This document shows, one piece after another, positions 8,680 to 19,420 of a stretch of 64,000 nt of DNA. Location of the stretch: positions 6,567-70,566 of the forward strand of contig DMOG01000026.1 of assembly GCA_003453595.1 (NCBI GenBank). The letters are read 5' to 3'. The translations under genes were made by a program, and so were the position numbers. Position 1 is the stretch's first letter. Every line of letters begins with the position of its first letter. The notes under the pieces were generated by a model, which was not told where the DNA came from, did not search any database, and saw only the letters and a program-made list of their open reading frames with translations. This DNA comes from Candidatus Uhrbacteria bacterium. GTDB lineage: Bacteria; Patescibacteriota; Patescibacteriia; UBA9934.

Positions 8680-10131
8680 ATGAAACTGTCTTCATTTAAA
8701 AAGAAATGGCCAAACTCAAAAAATACTTCCAAGAAAAAATGGCCAAAAAAAGTGCCAGTGGCCCCGTTGCCAGTAAAGATGATAAAACAAAAGGAAAAAA
8801 TCACAAAATCAGCAAAAGAAATCTCAAGTATTGCTTCGGAAGTTCTTGGCATGAACATTAAGATCACGGAGGAATTTAAAAAAGCTTTTGATGCCATGGA
8901 AAACACCAATGAGCTAATTTTTCTCACTGGACGAGCTGGAACTGGCAAATCAACTCTTTTAAAATACTTTCGCAGCCAAACAAAAAAGAAACATGTCGTG
9001 TTGGCACCAACCGGAGTGGCAGCGCTAAATGTTAAAGGTCAAACAATTCATTCATTTTTCGGCTTTCATCCCAGAATAGAAAAAAGTCTGGTTCGCCGAG
9101 CATATCCAGACAATTTGGAATTTTTTGAAAAAATAGAAACAATCGTGATTGATGAAATTTCCATGGTCCGCGCTGACCTACTTGATTGCGTTGATAAAGC
9201 ACTGCGACTCAATCGCGGTTGTCCTGATCAGATTTTTGGTGGCGTGCAAATGATTTTTATTGGTGATCTTTTTCAGCTACCACCGGTTGTGACTAAAGAA
9301 GATCAATATAAGTTTGAGGGAGAATATACATCACCATATTTTTTCTCATCTGACTGCATGATGAATGCGTCAATAAATATCATCGAACTCCATACAGTAC
9401 ACAGGCAAAAAGAAAAAAACTTTGTTGAGCTTTTAAATAATGTTCGTTGTGGGGCAATAAAATCAGCTGATCGCGAAAAATGGAATAAATATCATGACCC
9501 GCACTTTGATCCAGCTAATACTTCTGACTATGTTGTGCATCTGACCACCACAAATAAAATGGCTAAAGAACGAAATGATTTTGAGTTAAAAAAACTAAAA
9601 GGCAAAGAATTCACACTCAAGGCTCAATCAATCGGCGAGCTTGGTGAACGAAAAATGCCTTCAGACGAGACTATAAAAATAAAAGAAGGCGCACGAGTAA
9701 TGTTTACCACAAACGACCCTGGAAAAAATTGGGTCAATGGCAGTTTGGGAATTGTTCGAAAAATAAAAAGTAAGGGCTTAAAAAAATATCCAATTCTGGA
9801 AGTAGAATTGGAAAATGGCCAGCGGGTTGAAGTGAGCCAACACAAATGGGAAATTTTTGAATATAAATTGCGTGGTAGTAGTTTTGAAGAAGAAACAATT
9901 GGTTCCTACTCACAATATCCCATTGCCCTTGCCTGGGCTGTCACAATTCACAAAGCACAGGGAAAAACTTTCGACAAAGTTTTAGTCGATGTCGGCTGGG
10001 GAGCATTTGCCCACGGCCAAATGTATGTTGCCCTAAGCCGCTGCACAAAACTAGCAGGAATCACCCTCCTAAAACCCTTCAAACCAAGCGATGTGATTGT
10101 AGACAAGGTGGTGTTGGATTTTATGAGTTAA
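8680..10131 (+). CDS. PIF1-family ATP-dependent DNA helicase
   Basis: TGRAGTGKS, LAPTGVAA, IDEISM, GDLFQLPPV, TIHKAQGKT, YVALSR. Confidence 0.92.
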   Translation: MKLSSFKKKWPNSKNTSKKKWPKKVPVAPLPVKMIKQKEKITKSAKEISSIASEVLGMNIKITEEFKKAFDAMENTNELIFLTGRAGTGKSTLLKYFRSQTKKKHVVLAPTGVAALNVKGQTIHSFFGFHPRIEKSLVRRAYPDNLEFFEKIETIVIDEISMVRADLLDCVDKALRLNRGCPDQIFGGVQMIFIGDLFQLPPVVTKEDQYKFEGEYTSPYFFSSDCMMNASINIIELHTVHRQKEKNFVELLNNVRCGAIKSADREKWNKYHDPHFDPANTSDYVVHLTTTNKMAKERNDFELKKLKGKEFTLKAQSIGELGERKMPSDETIKIKEGARVMFTTNDPGKNWVNGSLGIVRKIKSKGLKKYPILEVELENGQRVEVSQHKWEIFEYKLRGSSFEEETIGSYSQYPIALAWAVTIHKAQGKTFDKVLVDVGWGAFAHGQMYVALSRCTKLAGITLLKPFKPSDVIVDKVVLDFMS

Positions 10132-11378
10132 TCTCCCCTTCCCACAACAAACTTATAAAACTTATCATTCTTCCGAACCACCCCTGGGACTTTTATTGTT
10201 ATTAGGTCTCCTTGAACGGCATGATCAACTTGCTTTTCGTCGATCGTGATGCCTTTGGCAACAAATCGCATCAACCCAGTTGATTTTCCGCTGATGACAC
10301 AATTATCATTGTCTTTAATGTCTGACGCATGGACTTTTATTTCAGCAACTCCAGCTTTTGGATAATAATGCTCAACAGTGCCGACTAGTTCTTTATGTTG
10401 AGTTGCCTGCGAATGTGAACCACCGCTCCAATAGCTAAAAGCTTTACCGCGATAAAAACCTTCACTCATCTTTCGGTTGTAAACAGTGCCAAGCCGTTTA
10501 TTCCATTGATCAATCTTTTCTTTGGTATAGCTTCCGTCTTTTATCGAATCAATCGCCTCGTGATAACAACGCACAACTTGATCAACATATTCTGGTGCGC
10601 GACCACGGCCTTCGATTTTTAATGACACAACTCCAGAATCAATAATCTCATCTAGCATTCCAATAGTGCACAGATCCTGAGTACTCATCACATATTCATT
10701 ATCAATATCCATCTGTTTACCAGTTAACTTGTCTGTCACAGTATATGCGCGTCGACACGGCTGACTACACTTTCCACAATTTGCTGAAGTATCATACATA
10801 TACAAGCTCATGCCACATCTGCCACTGACTGCTACGCACATGGCGCCATGAACAAAAACCTCGATTTGAATTAATTCGCCTTTTGGCCCACGAATATCTT
10901 GATGCTTAATTTCATCAACTATCTGCTTAATCTGTTCAAGAGTTAATTCCCGAGCCAAAACAACTCTGTCTGCCCACTGTGAAAAAAACTTCACAGCTTC
11001 AATGTTTGAGATCGAATGTTGAGTTGAGATATGAACTTCAACCCCGACTGATCGTGCATATGCAATGGCTGACATGTCAAAACTAATAATTGCATCAATA
11101 TCTGACTTAGCAACAGCGTTGATTGTTTTCTTCATGTCATCGATGCCTTGATCATAAACCAGAGTATTTAAAGCCAAATAACATTTCACATTATTCTGGT
11201 GACAAATCTGCGCAATCTCACGCAAATCATCAAGCGTGAAAGCAGCGGCCGTATTCTCACGCATATTCATTCCCTTGACCCCAAAATAAACCGCATCACA
11301 ACCAGCGTTTATAGCAGCACCAAGTGCCTCATAGGATCCGGCCGGAGCTAAAAGCTCCACATTATTGGTTTTTTCCAT
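10128..11378 (-). CDS. Peptidase U32 family protein (TrhP/RlhA-like RNA hydroxylation)
   Basis: ELLAPAGS, FVHGAMCVAVSGRC, CSQPCR, LKIEGR. Confidence 0.9.
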   Translation of the reverse strand: MEKTNNVELLAPAGSYEALGAAINAGCDAVYFGVKGMNMRENTAAAFTLDDLREIAQICHQNNVKCYLALNTLVYDQGIDDMKKTINAVAKSDIDAIISFDMSAIAYARSVGVEVHISTQHSISNIEAVKFFSQWADRVVLARELTLEQIKQIVDEIKHQDIRGPKGELIQIEVFVHGAMCVAVSGRCGMSLYMYDTSANCGKCSQPCRRAYTVTDKLTGKQMDIDNEYVMSTQDLCTIGMLDEIIDSGVVSLKIEGRGRAPEYVDQVVRCYHEAIDSIKDGSYTKEKIDQWNKRLGTVYNRKMSEGFYRGKAFSYWSGGSHSQATQHKELVGTVEHYYPKAGVAEIKVHASDIKDNDNCVISGKSTGLMRFVAKGITIDEKQVDHAVQGDLITIKVPGVVRKNDKFYKFVVGRGD

Positions 11379-11422
11379 ATTGACGAAACTATACGGCATT
11401 TTCATGATCTTGAAAAGAATGT

Positions 11423-11472
11423 GCGGTCAGGCCTTTACCCGTTACTTTTTAACGGATAAAGGCCTGACCGCA
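11423..11472. terminator. Long hairpin 3' of the 11494-12012 gene
   Basis: TGCGGTCAGGCCTTTA ... TAAAGGCCTGACCGCA. Confidence 0.65.
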
Positions 11473-11493
11473 TTGTAAAAACACAAACGCCAC

Positions 11494-12012
11494 CTAAGGA
11501 GTGGTGGCGTTGACGGAATTACGGCATTCGAATCGCTTGGTGGCAATACCATTAGATTCGAGGACGGCCGCACAATTATTGCAAAAAATGAATTTAATCT
11601 TTTTGTCACCCGCCTGCGCCAGGCGATTGCCAAACTGCAGCATCCATGGTTTGGCCGGATCGCGCACGCAGATTCCGTATTGCGCGCCAACACAGGTACT
11701 CAAACCAAGTGGATGCTGTCGAGACACTGGCGTCTCGGGCCTTGGTGAGTGCGAGATGATGGCTCTAGCGTCAGAGACAAACCTCTCAATGGCGCGAGCT
11801 CTTTCATCTTGAGTTTTACAAACTCGGCGCTGATGTTCCAAAGCAATTTCTTCCTGCAGAGCCCTTTCTTCTAGCTCCCGATATTCATGATCTCTTCTTG
11901 CCTGTTCTCCTGCCCGGGCCCTGGCAATAGACATACAAGTTGAAAAACGACGCCCAGGATGATGCAGACACCATCCATAGCTTCCCTCGGCACACATATC
12001 AAACTCGATCAT
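11494..12012 (-). CDS. Cys-rich orphan protein, intermediate GC
   Basis: GGAGG SD 5 nt before ATG at 12012; several Cys/His including CNNC; coiled-coil-like middle. Confidence 0.6.
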   Translation of the reverse strand: MIEFDMCAEGSYGWCLHHPGRRFSTCMSIARARAGEQARRDHEYRELEERALQEEIALEHQRRVCKTQDERARAIERFVSDARAIISHSPRPETPVSRQHPLGLSTCVGAQYGICVRDPAKPWMLQFGNRLAQAGDKKIKFIFCNNCAAVLESNGIATKRFECRNSVNATTP

Positions 12013-12038
12013 AGCTACCTCCAGTGAATGGACCATAT

Positions 12039-12099
12039 AAAGTGCCTGAAAACAGGGGTTTTGTCAAGGATTGACAATTCTGTGCAGTTTAGCTACACT
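12039..12099. promoter_or_regulatory. Back-to-back sigma70 -35 boxes
   Basis: Minus TTGACA (12067-12062) toward the orphan; plus TTGACA(12071)-17-TACACT toward rpmG. Confidence 0.65.
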
Positions 12100-12124
12100 A
12101 AGCGCAGTTTTTACAGCTATACCT

Positions 12125-12280
12125 ATGTCACAAGACAACATGATCAAACTCGAGTGTAAGGAATGCAAAACAGTGAATTACCAATCTCACAAGAACAAAA
12201 AGAAGATCCAAGGACGATTGGAAATCAGCAAACATTGCAAGCATTGTGTAAAACACACTGCACACAAAGAGACAAAGTAA
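12125..12280 (+). CDS. rpmG: 50S ribosomal protein L33 (Zn-binding C+ form)
   Basis: IKLECKECKTVNY...RLEISKHCKHCVKHTAHKETK. Confidence 0.95.
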   Translation: MSQDNMIKLECKECKTVNYQSHKNKKKIQGRLEISKHCKHCVKHTAHKETK

Positions 12281-12310
12281 AAACGCGCCCACGGGCGCGT
12301 TTTTCTTATT

Positions 12311-13114
12311 TTATTTTTTTTTGTGTTTTTTCCTAATATCTTCAATTCGGACTTCAAAATTGTGTATTTTATTATTATCAGGATTAACCTCAATTAACTT
12401 ATCAAGAACATTCATAGCTGTATGAACATCTCCAGTTTCAATAACTGACTCCAGATAAAAATCCAAATACTTTGGATTTTTCGGACTCAATTCCACAGCT
12501 TTTTCAAAATACGCAACACAACCTTCCGTGTCTCCCAACTTTTCTGCTACCTCTCCCAAACTGGCAATAACGCTTGGATCATCTACTGACAACTTATTTA
12601 AATATTCAAATGTTTCTTTGGCTGATTCATAATCTTTGTTTGCCAAATAAACACGACCCAAATGCTCATAGGCATCTTTATTATGGGCATCCAAACTTAT
12701 TACTTGAATTAATTTCTTCTCAGCTAAATCCCAAATCTGTTCATCAATAAATTTATATGCTTCCTCTAGTAAAGTATCAACAATTCTAAGGTCACCTTCC
12801 AAAGCAGCTTTTTGGTGTTTCTGCTGTTGATAGCGACGCTCAGCCGCTGTTAGCTTTCCAGCAATAATACGAAAAATAGTTTGCAAACCACCACCCAAGG
12901 GTTTGATTACATCTTTTTGCGCCTTGATAGCATATTTTCTTCCGGTCCGCTCAATGCGTTGACGAATTAACTCCTGTTTCTTTTTCTTGTCAGCTGAAAC
13001 AGGGACAGATGCAGGATCTAAAAGTCTAAGCTCTGTCCATTTTTGATAAACAAGCCAAGCAATGCACACAACGCCGGCAATAAACAAGATTATAAATAAT
13101 ATAGTCCAAAACAT
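12311..13114 (-). CDS. Membrane-anchored TPR protein
   Basis: N-terminal TM; TPR-like repeats (AYEHLGRVYL, YFEKAVELSPKN). Confidence 0.8.
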   Translation of the reverse strand: MFWTILFIILFIAGVVCIAWLVYQKWTELRLLDPASVPVSADKKKKQELIRQRIERTGRKYAIKAQKDVIKPLGGGLQTIFRIIAGKLTAAERRYQQQKHQKAALEGDLRIVDTLLEEAYKFIDEQIWDLAEKKLIQVISLDAHNKDAYEHLGRVYLANKDYESAKETFEYLNKLSVDDPSVIASLGEVAEKLGDTEGCVAYFEKAVELSPKNPKYLDFYLESVIETGDVHTAMNVLDKLIEVNPDNNKIHNFEVRIEDIRKKHKKK

Positions 13115-13118
13115 AGAT

Positions 13119-13892
13119 TTATAACTCCTGAGCTAGCATTACCTCAGAAGCAGATTGCACGATACCTTCGAACTCACGAATTTTCAAGCTAGCGCCACCG
13201 ACAAGCACCCCGTCTACCTGCGCCTCTCGCAAAAATCCATATGCATTTTTCGCATCAACTGAACCTCCGTAAATAACATGAATTTTAGAATCCTGATGAT
13301 CCGTGATTGTTTTTGCCAGCGAACGAATCAATCCATGCATAAAAACCATATCTGCCACCAGCGCTGCCTGGCCCGATCCAATTGCCCAAACCGGCTCATA
13401 AGCAATAAACAGATCTTTTTGTTTGGGAATCTTTAAATCCTTAAGCGCACTATACAATTGTTCAGAAACATAACCTTCGGCATTGCCTGACTCACGCTCA
13501 CTGGCTGGCTCGCCAACACATAGAATCGGTGTTAGACGAGATTCCATGGCTGACTTTAATCTTTTTGCTACCAGTTCATTATCTTCGGCAAATAAAGTTC
13601 TTCGCTCACTGTGTCCAACCAAAACATAATCACAACCAACATCTTCGAGCATACCAATAGACACTTCACCAGTGAACGATCCTTTTTTCTCAATCGCACA
13701 ATTTTGTGCACCAAGTTTTACTCGTGATCGAGCCATTATCTTGCGCACATCATTTAAAACAGTAAATGAAGGAAAAATAGAAACAATCGGAGTTTTTTCT
13801 TCACCACGCAAAATACGCATCACTGCTCGCGAAAGCGCAATGCTTTCGCGAATTCCTAAATTCATTTTCCAGTTGGCAAAAATATACTTCAT
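13119..13892 (-). CDS. tpiA: Triosephosphate isomerase
   Basis: NWKM, GHSERR, AYEPVWAIG, YGGSV, LVGGASL. Confidence 0.97.
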   Translation of the reverse strand: MKYIFANWKMNLGIRESIALSRAVMRILRGEEKTPIVSIFPSFTVLNDVRKIMARSRVKLGAQNCAIEKKGSFTGEVSIGMLEDVGCDYVLVGHSERRTLFAEDNELVAKRLKSAMESRLTPILCVGEPASERESGNAEGYVSEQLYSALKDLKIPKQKDLFIAYEPVWAIGSGQAALVADMVFMHGLIRSLAKTITDHQDSKIHVIYGGSVDAKNAYGFLREAQVDGVLVGGASLKIREFEGIVQSASEVMLAQEL

Positions 13893-13896
13893 ATTT

Positions 13897-15174
13897 CTAA
13901 ATATTAGGTATGCACTTTCTTAAATCAGCATCTGTTTTATACGGGCCAATAGCTGCCATTGATGCTTTTTCAAAACGCAAAATTTCATTGGCTACTCGTT
14001 TTATATCCGAGACTTTTACATCTTGGAATTCCTTTAATATTTGCTCAGGAGTTTTCATGTAACCCAAATGCAATTGTTGACTACCAAAGAAATTTGCCTG
14101 AGCTGATGAATCTTCCCAAATTAGCTTCATTGCGCCTTCGATGTGATCCTTTGTTTTTTGTAATTCTTTTCTATCAACGCCATTTTGTTTTATCTTTTTA
14201 ATTTCCTTAAAGATAATCTTCATCGCGTCTGACAATCTAGCATCATCAAGTCCAGCAAAAATCGTAAAGGCACCAACATCCTCAAAATTACTTACGGAAG
14301 AATGGATGCTATAACAAAGCCCTTTTCTCTCACGGACCTCAACGAATAATCGAGAACTCATCATTCCACCTAACAATGTGGATAAAAGATGAATCGCTGG
14401 CATATCCTTATGTTCACGACCTGGGGTTGGGAACCCAAGCGCAATTTGAATTTGTTTTAGATCTTTATATTTTCGCGTTAATCGGATTTGGTTCTGATCA
14501 GGAATTTCCGATACATGTTCACGAACGGCCAACTGAATTTTTTGTGCCTTGATAGATCCAAAAGTTTTTTCCAAAAGTTGTTTAGTATTTTTTGGAATTG
14601 CTCCGGCCACAACCACAATCATCTGCGAAGGCTGATAATAAGAATCGCGATAAGCCAAAATATCTGATCGTTTCATTTTAATAATTGACTTTGCATCGCC
14701 AGCAATATCTTTTCCCAAATTTGTGCCAGTGAACATTACCTGCTCAATCAAATCGCGAATATGTAAAATTTGATTTTCCTCATACATCTTTATTTCTTCC
14801 AAAATCACTTTTTTCTCACGGGCCAATTCTTTTGCATCAAACTTAGAATTAACTAGCATGTCATGCAATAAATCAACAGCCACCGGTGTTTTATCAGAAG
14901 CAATCTTTACATAATATCCAGTAAAATCTTTACCAGTAAATGCATTGTATTCTGCGCCATAGCGATCAAGTTCTTTGGAAATATCCAAATTACTTGGCCT
15001 CTTTTTGGTTCCCTTAAACATCATGTGCTCAATAAAGTGTGAAGCTCCCCATACTTTATCAGCTTCATAGCGTGAACCAACATTAGCAAGCACAAGCACG
15101 GTCACAGCTTGCGTGCCAGAAAAAGGAACAAGATGATAGTGCAAGCCATTCTTCAGCTGCTTCGCCTTCAACAT
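13897..15174 (-). CDS. M16 (pitrilysin) family zinc peptidase
   Basis: HFIEH inverted zinc motif, NAFT, SSRLFVEVRE. Confidence 0.92.
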   Translation of the reverse strand: MLKAKQLKNGLHYHLVPFSGTQAVTVLVLANVGSRYEADKVWGASHFIEHMMFKGTKKRPSNLDISKELDRYGAEYNAFTGKDFTGYYVKIASDKTPVAVDLLHDMLVNSKFDAKELAREKKVILEEIKMYEENQILHIRDLIEQVMFTGTNLGKDIAGDAKSIIKMKRSDILAYRDSYYQPSQMIVVVAGAIPKNTKQLLEKTFGSIKAQKIQLAVREHVSEIPDQNQIRLTRKYKDLKQIQIALGFPTPGREHKDMPAIHLLSTLLGGMMSSRLFVEVRERKGLCYSIHSSVSNFEDVGAFTIFAGLDDARLSDAMKIIFKEIKKIKQNGVDRKELQKTKDHIEGAMKLIWEDSSAQANFFGSQQLHLGYMKTPEQILKEFQDVKVSDIKRVANEILRFEKASMAAIGPYKTDADLRKCIPNI

Positions 15175-15191
15175 AATATGTGAGTAAAATA

Positions 15192-16574
15192 TTAACTTAA
15201 CTTTTCCGCAAAATAAGTTTCTAAATCAGAAATCGCGATTCTTTCTTGCTTCATCGTGTCCCGATCGCGCACAGTAACAGCCTTATCTTCAAGTGAGTCA
15301 AAATCAACGGTTATGCAATATGGAGTTCCAATTTCGTCTTGTCGACGATAACGCTTACCAATTGATTGAGTGATATCAAAATCAACATTATAAATCTTTT
15401 TCAATCCCAACAAGATTTCACGCGCAGGTTCAATCAACTCATCCTTCTTTGATAATGGCAGTACAGCGATTTTGTATGGTGCTAGCTTTGGATGAAGCTT
15501 AAGAACAACTCGCGTGTCACCTTCAACTTCTTCTTCATTATAGGCCTCACACAAGACTGCTAACAAAGTTCGAGCCACTCCAGCAGAAGTCTCGACAACA
15601 TGAGGTACATACTTCTCATTCTTTTCCTGATCCATGTACTCCAACTTTTGCTTGGAATGTTCAGCATGTTGAGTCAAATCATAGTCACCACGAGCATGAA
15701 CACCCTCTAATTCTTTCCAGCCAAACGGATAATTATATTCAATGTCATAGGCTTCCTTAGCATAGAAAACAAGATTCTCATGTTTGTGCCACTGCAGATT
15801 TTCCGGCTTGATTCCAAGATCAACATAGAATTGCATTCTGCGTTCTTTCCACTGGTCATAATACTTCATGGCATCATCTGGATGAACAAAGTATTGCATT
15901 TCCATTTGCTCAAACTCGCGCGTACGAAAAATAAACTGACGAGCAGTAATCTCATTACGGAATGCTTTTCCAATCTGGGCAATACCAAATGGGACTTTTA
16001 CATGCATGGAATCAAGTACATTCTTATAGTTCACATAAATTCCTTGGCAGGTTTCACCACGCAAATAAACAGGTTCTTTTGTCCAATCGCCAGTGAAGTT
16101 GCCTAAGTTTGACTGTACTAGCAAATTAAACTTGCGTACCGGTGTAAAATCTTTTGCCTTACATTTTGGACATTCAAGTTTATCTAAATTTTCATCAAAA
16201 ATCTTTTGTACCTCCTCTTGGTTCATTTTTTCATCAGCAAAAACTCCCACTGCCTCTAACATATGATCAACCCGATGTCGGCTGTGGCATTTTTTACATT
16301 CAGTTAGTGGATCAGAAAACCCGCTAACATGTCCGCTTGCTTCCCAAACCTTGGGCAACATAAAAATCGCACTATCAAGTCCTACCACATCTTCCCGATC
16401 ATGGACCATAGTCTTCCACCAAGCTTGTTTGATGTTGTTCTCTAATTCGACACCAAGTGGTCCAAAATCATAAACCGCGGCAAAACCTCCGTAAATCTCA
16501 GACGATGGAAAAACGAAACCGCGTCGCTTACAAAGCGACACGATCTTTTCCATTAGATTTGCATCTTCTGACAT
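15192..16574 (-). CDS. glyQS: Glycine--tRNA ligase (alpha2 type)
   Basis: LCKRRGF, YLRGETCQG, FRNEIT, REFEQME, SIGKRYRRQDEIGTP. Confidence 0.96.
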   Translation of the reverse strand: MSEDANLMEKIVSLCKRRGFVFPSSEIYGGFAAVYDFGPLGVELENNIKQAWWKTMVHDREDVVGLDSAIFMLPKVWEASGHVSGFSDPLTECKKCHSRHRVDHMLEAVGVFADEKMNQEEVQKIFDENLDKLECPKCKAKDFTPVRKFNLLVQSNLGNFTGDWTKEPVYLRGETCQGIYVNYKNVLDSMHVKVPFGIAQIGKAFRNEITARQFIFRTREFEQMEMQYFVHPDDAMKYYDQWKERRMQFYVDLGIKPENLQWHKHENLVFYAKEAYDIEYNYPFGWKELEGVHARGDYDLTQHAEHSKQKLEYMDQEKNEKYVPHVVETSAGVARTLLAVLCEAYNEEEVEGDTRVVLKLHPKLAPYKIAVLPLSKKDELIEPAREILLGLKKIYNVDFDITQSIGKRYRRQDEIGTPYCITVDFDSLEDKAVTVRDRDTMKQERIAISDLETYFAEKLS

Positions 16575-16575
16575 A

Positions 16576-17109
16576 TTATATAGTTGTTATTTCATCTTCT
16601 TTTTTCTTTCCCATGGCATCAGCTTTTTCTACAAAACTTTTTATTTCCTTTTCCATTGCTTCAAGCTGTCCATGTTTTTCATCTTCACCGATACCCTCTT
16701 GTTTTTCAATTCCCTTTTTTACTTCCTCGCGCACTCGACGAATTGAAACCCGTGTATCTTCTGTTTTTTCCTTAACTTTTTTTACCATGTGCTGACGATT
16801 TTCATCAGTCATCATTGGCATCACCAAACGAATAACCTTCCCTTGCACATTTGGCATCATCCCCAAATCAGCTTCTGTTAATGCTACTTCAATTAACTTA
16901 ACAACTGAACTATCCCAAGGCTCGATTTGAATAGTTTTTGAATCAGGAGTTGAAATTGAAGCAACAGCTTTTAATGGTTGCTTTGACCCCCAAACTTCTA
17001 CAAATATTCCATCAACCAATTCTGGTGTTGAACGACCGGTACGAATGGTTTTAAGCTCTGCATCCAAATGCTCAATAATTTTCTGACAAGATGTTGATAT
17101 TTCACTCAT
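16576..17109 (-). CDS. frr: Ribosome recycling factor
   Basis: IRTGR, IEPWD, RVSIRRVR. Confidence 0.93.
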   Translation of the reverse strand: MSEISTSCQKIIEHLDAELKTIRTGRSTPELVDGIFVEVWGSKQPLKAVASISTPDSKTIQIEPWDSSVVKLIEVALTEADLGMMPNVQGKVIRLVMPMMTDENRQHMVKKVKEKTEDTRVSIRRVREEVKKGIEKQEGIGEDEKHGQLEAMEKEIKSFVEKADAMGKKKEDEITTI

Positions 17110-17146
17110 AATTGATGTTATTGCTTGAATCTTAGCTTTATTAGAC

Positions 17147-18205
17147 TTACTTGTCTATGGAACGAAAACCGACCAATACTCGACTCATATCATCTGGATT
17201 TACCACTATCACAAATGGAGTTCGAGCCGATGGCAAAGCCTCTGTTACCCATGATTGTCCGCCAGTGCTTGAGCTATAAAGTGTTGTGGCAGTTGTGTAA
17301 TAAACCGCACTAGCATTGTGTGGCGCAAAAGCAACATCCCAAATTCGAGCTTCGCCTGCGGCAGTAATTAATGGCAGAGCATTCCATGTTTCACCTTTAT
17401 CAATGGAAATTAGCAATCCATAGGTGGTATTCATAATAATCGATGTGCCATCTTCGGTTTGCGTAAATCCGTAAACTTCATCTGAATCTTCAAACTCTTT
17501 TCTTAATACATCTTCAAACTCCATCCAGCTAGCTCCGCTATCTGCGCTTCGATAAAATCCTTTTCGATCAGTTCCTACATAAATAATTCTACTATCAGCT
17601 CTGCTGACCTCTAAATCTGTAATATCATCCCCAAATCGCTCTACCACTGACCATGTTGCTCCCGAATCTAATGATTTAATAACTGCTCCTTGTTTATTTC
17701 CTAGCCACAAAATATTTGGGCTATACCAGTCAATGTCAAACGCTGTAATTGTTTCATCGGTTTGATCGATTTTATAAACATCAGTAAAGCTACGCATACA
17801 ATCTGTTGTTTTCATCACTGTACTTGCGGTTGCCACATAGATCGTACATACGCTAGCTGGATTTACTTCAATATCCAAGATAGATCCAGTCTGCGCCTCT
17901 TTAGCGTCTGGTCTTTGCCAAGTAAGTCCAGCGTCATAGGAGAAGAACATACCAGTAGCATCAGTTGCTAAGTAATAAACAGTGGCATCAGAAGGATCAA
18001 TCTCAATATCAGTAACATTAACGCCGGCAATTGAGCCAACGCCACTAGCTTGTGGCAAAGAAGCAAGTTGTGTCCAAGATTTTCCGCTATCTTGTGTTTG
18101 CCATAGGCCACCAGTGGTTGATGAACTCGAGCCCGACGAAAGACATCCAGCTCCAAGTAAAACTAAGGAGCAAATTAGTAAAGAAGATGATAAATAAGAT
18201 TTCAT
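17147..18205 (-). CDS. BNR/Asp-box beta-propeller lipoprotein-like protein (YCF48/sialidase-like fold)
   Basis: LLGAGC signal; repeated SxDxGxTW motifs. Confidence 0.82.
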   Translation of the reverse strand: MKSYLSSSLLICSLVLLGAGCLSSGSSSSTTGGLWQTQDSGKSWTQLASLPQASGVGSIAGVNVTDIEIDPSDATVYYLATDATGMFFSYDAGLTWQRPDAKEAQTGSILDIEVNPASVCTIYVATASTVMKTTDCMRSFTDVYKIDQTDETITAFDIDWYSPNILWLGNKQGAVIKSLDSGATWSVVERFGDDITDLEVSRADSRIIYVGTDRKGFYRSADSGASWMEFEDVLRKEFEDSDEVYGFTQTEDGTSIIMNTTYGLLISIDKGETWNALPLITAAGEARIWDVAFAPHNASAVYYTTATTLYSSSTGGQSWVTEALPSARTPFVIVVNPDDMSRVLVGFRSIDK

Positions 18206-18214
18206 AGAAAATTT

Positions 18215-19153
18215 TTAAAATGATGAAGCAAAAAATTGCAGTGAAAGTGCTAAATTAACATTATGGTCGATGGCACGCTGTGACTGATTTAATGCACAAA
18301 GAGCCTTACGCAAAGACTCAGCACTATGGCTTTTAGCCAGTGGAAGCACATATTTTGAGTCTCGCGCATCAATCAAAACGAGCAAAGCTTCATGCAACCA
18401 CATCCTCCATAATTCTATCATGGATTGTACTTTCTGTTCACGCCCATCTTTTTGCTTAGTAATTTTTTCTACTAAGACCATGCGTTTATATAAAGGACTT
18501 TGTAAAAACTCTAAGGCTTCGTTGGCATCAGTCTCAAGTTCTGTACAAGTTTGTTCATCAATGCAAGCAAAAGCAACACCAGGTCGACCCATGCTTAATT
18601 GAGCCAAAAAGTCAGCACGGTCTTGTGAAAGGGTGAGTCGATCCTTGAGTTCGCCGGCGATCTCAACAATTGGCAAAGAGTGAAAAGAAATAGTTGCTAC
18701 TCGCGAACGAATGGTTTCCAAAAGATTTTGCGGGTTGTGAGCAATTAAAATGATGACCGTATCTTTTGATGGTTCTTCCAAAGTTTTCAAAAGTGCATTT
18801 TGTGCTGACTTGGTCATAGCGTCAGCATTATCAATAATCGCAATTTTTCTACCACCGCCCAAAGTGGAAAGCGACAGGGTTGACCGCAATTCTCGAATCT
18901 CATCAACAGAGATTGATGACTCATCTTGATTATTTATTCCCTCACCAACAATTGTGACATTGGTTGAAGTGTGAAGCTTGCTTGGCTCAAGTCCCAAAAG
19001 TAAAGCAGAAAATTCCTTAGCAAGCGTAGCTTTACCCAAACCTTTCGTGCCCGTGAAGCAATAAGCCTGCCCACAATGACCAGAATCAAGGATCGACCGC
19101 AAATAAGCGATTTGCTTCTCATGACCCAAAATAGTCGAAAATCTCTGATCCAT
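18215..19153 (-). CDS. holB: DNA polymerase III delta' subunit
   Basis: ILGHE, GTKGLGK, SAQNALLKTLEEP, TIRSR. Confidence 0.9.
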   Translation of the reverse strand: MDQRFSTILGHEKQIAYLRSILDSGHCGQAYCFTGTKGLGKATLAKEFSALLLGLEPSKLHTSTNVTIVGEGINNQDESSISVDEIRELRSTLSLSTLGGGRKIAIIDNADAMTKSAQNALLKTLEEPSKDTVIILIAHNPQNLLETIRSRVATISFHSLPIVEIAGELKDRLTLSQDRADFLAQLSMGRPGVAFACIDEQTCTELETDANEALEFLQSPLYKRMVLVEKITKQKDGREQKVQSMIELWRMWLHEALLVLIDARDSKYVLPLAKSHSAESLRKALCALNQSQRAIDHNVNLALSLQFFASSF

Positions 19154-19192
19154 AGTGGAGTTATTTTATCACAAAACGCAGACGGCAGATAA

Positions 19193-19332
19193 ACTCGGTC
19201 TCTCCCCCTTTTACAAGGGGGGAGTGGGCTGTGCCCTTCGTAGCCCAGAGGGCGAAAAAGGGAGGGGGTTAATATAGCTTCCGCCTTCCGGAATAACCAC
19301 CCCTAGCCCCTCCTTAAAAAGGAGGGGGAACC
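19193..19332. repeat. Family-A repeat doublet (inverted pair) with a nested family-B hairpin
   Basis: CTCCCCCTTTTACAAGGGGGGAG...GGAGGGGGTTAATATAGCTTCC...AATAACCACCCCTAGCCCCTCCTTAAAAAGGAGGGGG; near copy at 33260-33368. Confidence 0.85.
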
Positions 19333-19420
19333 AAGTATTCCTAATCCCAATCTCCTCAATCCCCTCCCAACCTACTCCCCCAAAATTCCCCATTATTCGC
19401 CCAATTTTGTCGCTTTACAC

